Positions 63,417 to 64,000 of a DNA stretch of 64,000 bases are shown one piece after another. The notes beneath the pieces were generated by a model. The model did not search any database. It saw nothing but the letters and a program-made list of their open reading frames with translations, and was not told where the DNA came from. The stretch comes from an uncultured delta proteobacterium (GTDB taxonomy: Bacteria > Desulfobacterota > Binatia > UBA9968): the NCBI GenBank assembly GCA_963755715.1, contig CAVWLW010000054.1, forward strand, positions 32,001 through 96,000, read 5' to 3'. Positions within the stretch are counted from its first letter, which is position 1; each line of letters starts with the position of its first letter. A program made the position numbers and the translations under genes.

Positions 63417-64000
63417 TTACAGGGGTATTCGGTAATTCACTTTATGCGAGTTTTCGATGTTTGCTTTGCCAAACCTGTGTTCAACGCCAACGTTCAATCC
63501 GACTGCGCGCCGCTCATGCCCTGGCAGGTCGCGGCGCAAGAAGAGATAAGTCAGGGCCAAAAGAGTGAAAAAAAAGATGCGGGTATCGTGGTTGTAAAAC
63601 GGAGCGTCTCCCAGGACACCTACAAGAAAGGCTATGAGGGAAGCGCTTAAACAGAAATAAAGGATTCGGATTTGTGGAGACGATTCTCTGCGGGCTCTGC
63701 GGATTAAACGGCTCAAATTCGCGCAAATCATCCACATAAACGCACCGAGGCCCAACACTCCAGTTTCAGCCAGTAATTCCGTATACATGTTATGACTGTG
63801 GGGTATGAACCCCAGTTGCCCGGAGTCGGCGACCTCTTTCTTAACGCCCTCCCGTAGGCGGTCTCTGCCATACCCGAAACCAAGCAGGGGATGTTCCAGT
63901 CCAACAGTCAGTGCGCCGCCCATGAACCGAAGCCGCTCCTCGATCGCCGCGTCAGGGGTCGGATTTACCAGCGTCATCAGACGGTTGCGCAAGGGAGCGA
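63417..64000 (-). CDS. O-antigen ligase family protein (5' partial)
   Basis: HPLLGFG, HSHNMY..LLAETG.LG. Confidence 0.85.
   Translation of the reverse strand, partial: APLRNRLMTLVNPTPDAAIEERLRFMGGALTVGLEHPLLGFGYGRDRLREGVKKEVADSGQLGFIPHSHNMYTELLAETGVLGLGAFMWMICANLSRLIRRARRESSPQIRILYFCLSASLIAFLVGVLGDAPFYNHDTRIFFFTLLALTYLFLRRDLPGHERRAVGLNVGVEHRFGKANIENSHKVNYRIPL

Overview
Bacterial chromosomal window. Gene content (many orphan COG2984-type and NitT/TauT substrate-binding proteins, deltaproteobacterial-style T2SS) suggests a Binatota/'Deltaproteobacteria'-like soil organism; this is inference only. (1) 1-6.5 kb is an island edge: STGP-motif gene pair, HTH regulator with its own operator, a membrane protein fused to a nucleoside-deoxyribosyltransferase-like domain, and a lipoxygenase between RAYT transposase remnants. 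(2) 6.5-20.4 kb is the most unusual part: an all-minus-strand array of diverged, frameshifted ABC substrate-binding paralogs and unrelated cargo genes, punctuated by 7 copies of a ~70-bp structured repeat with compensatory changes. One copy abuts an integron attC site carrying a nuclease-cyclase fusion gene; another is split by an IS91-family element. (3) 20.4-37.7 kb holds sigma54-preceded hypotheticals, qNor, MarR, a ClC channel, transporters and two single-cysteine Asp/Glu-racemase-fold genes. (4) 37.7-47.5 kb is an apparent operon: coxD/coxE-like, xdhC, CTP-dependent riboflavin kinase, ubiX, fni, two FMN split-barrel proteins and macAB-like genes. (5) 47.9-64 kb is a type II secretion cluster followed by glycosyltransferases and an O-antigen ligase. 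Frameshifts also hit core genes, so some indels are probably sequencing error. No rRNA, tRNA or CRISPR array was recognised.
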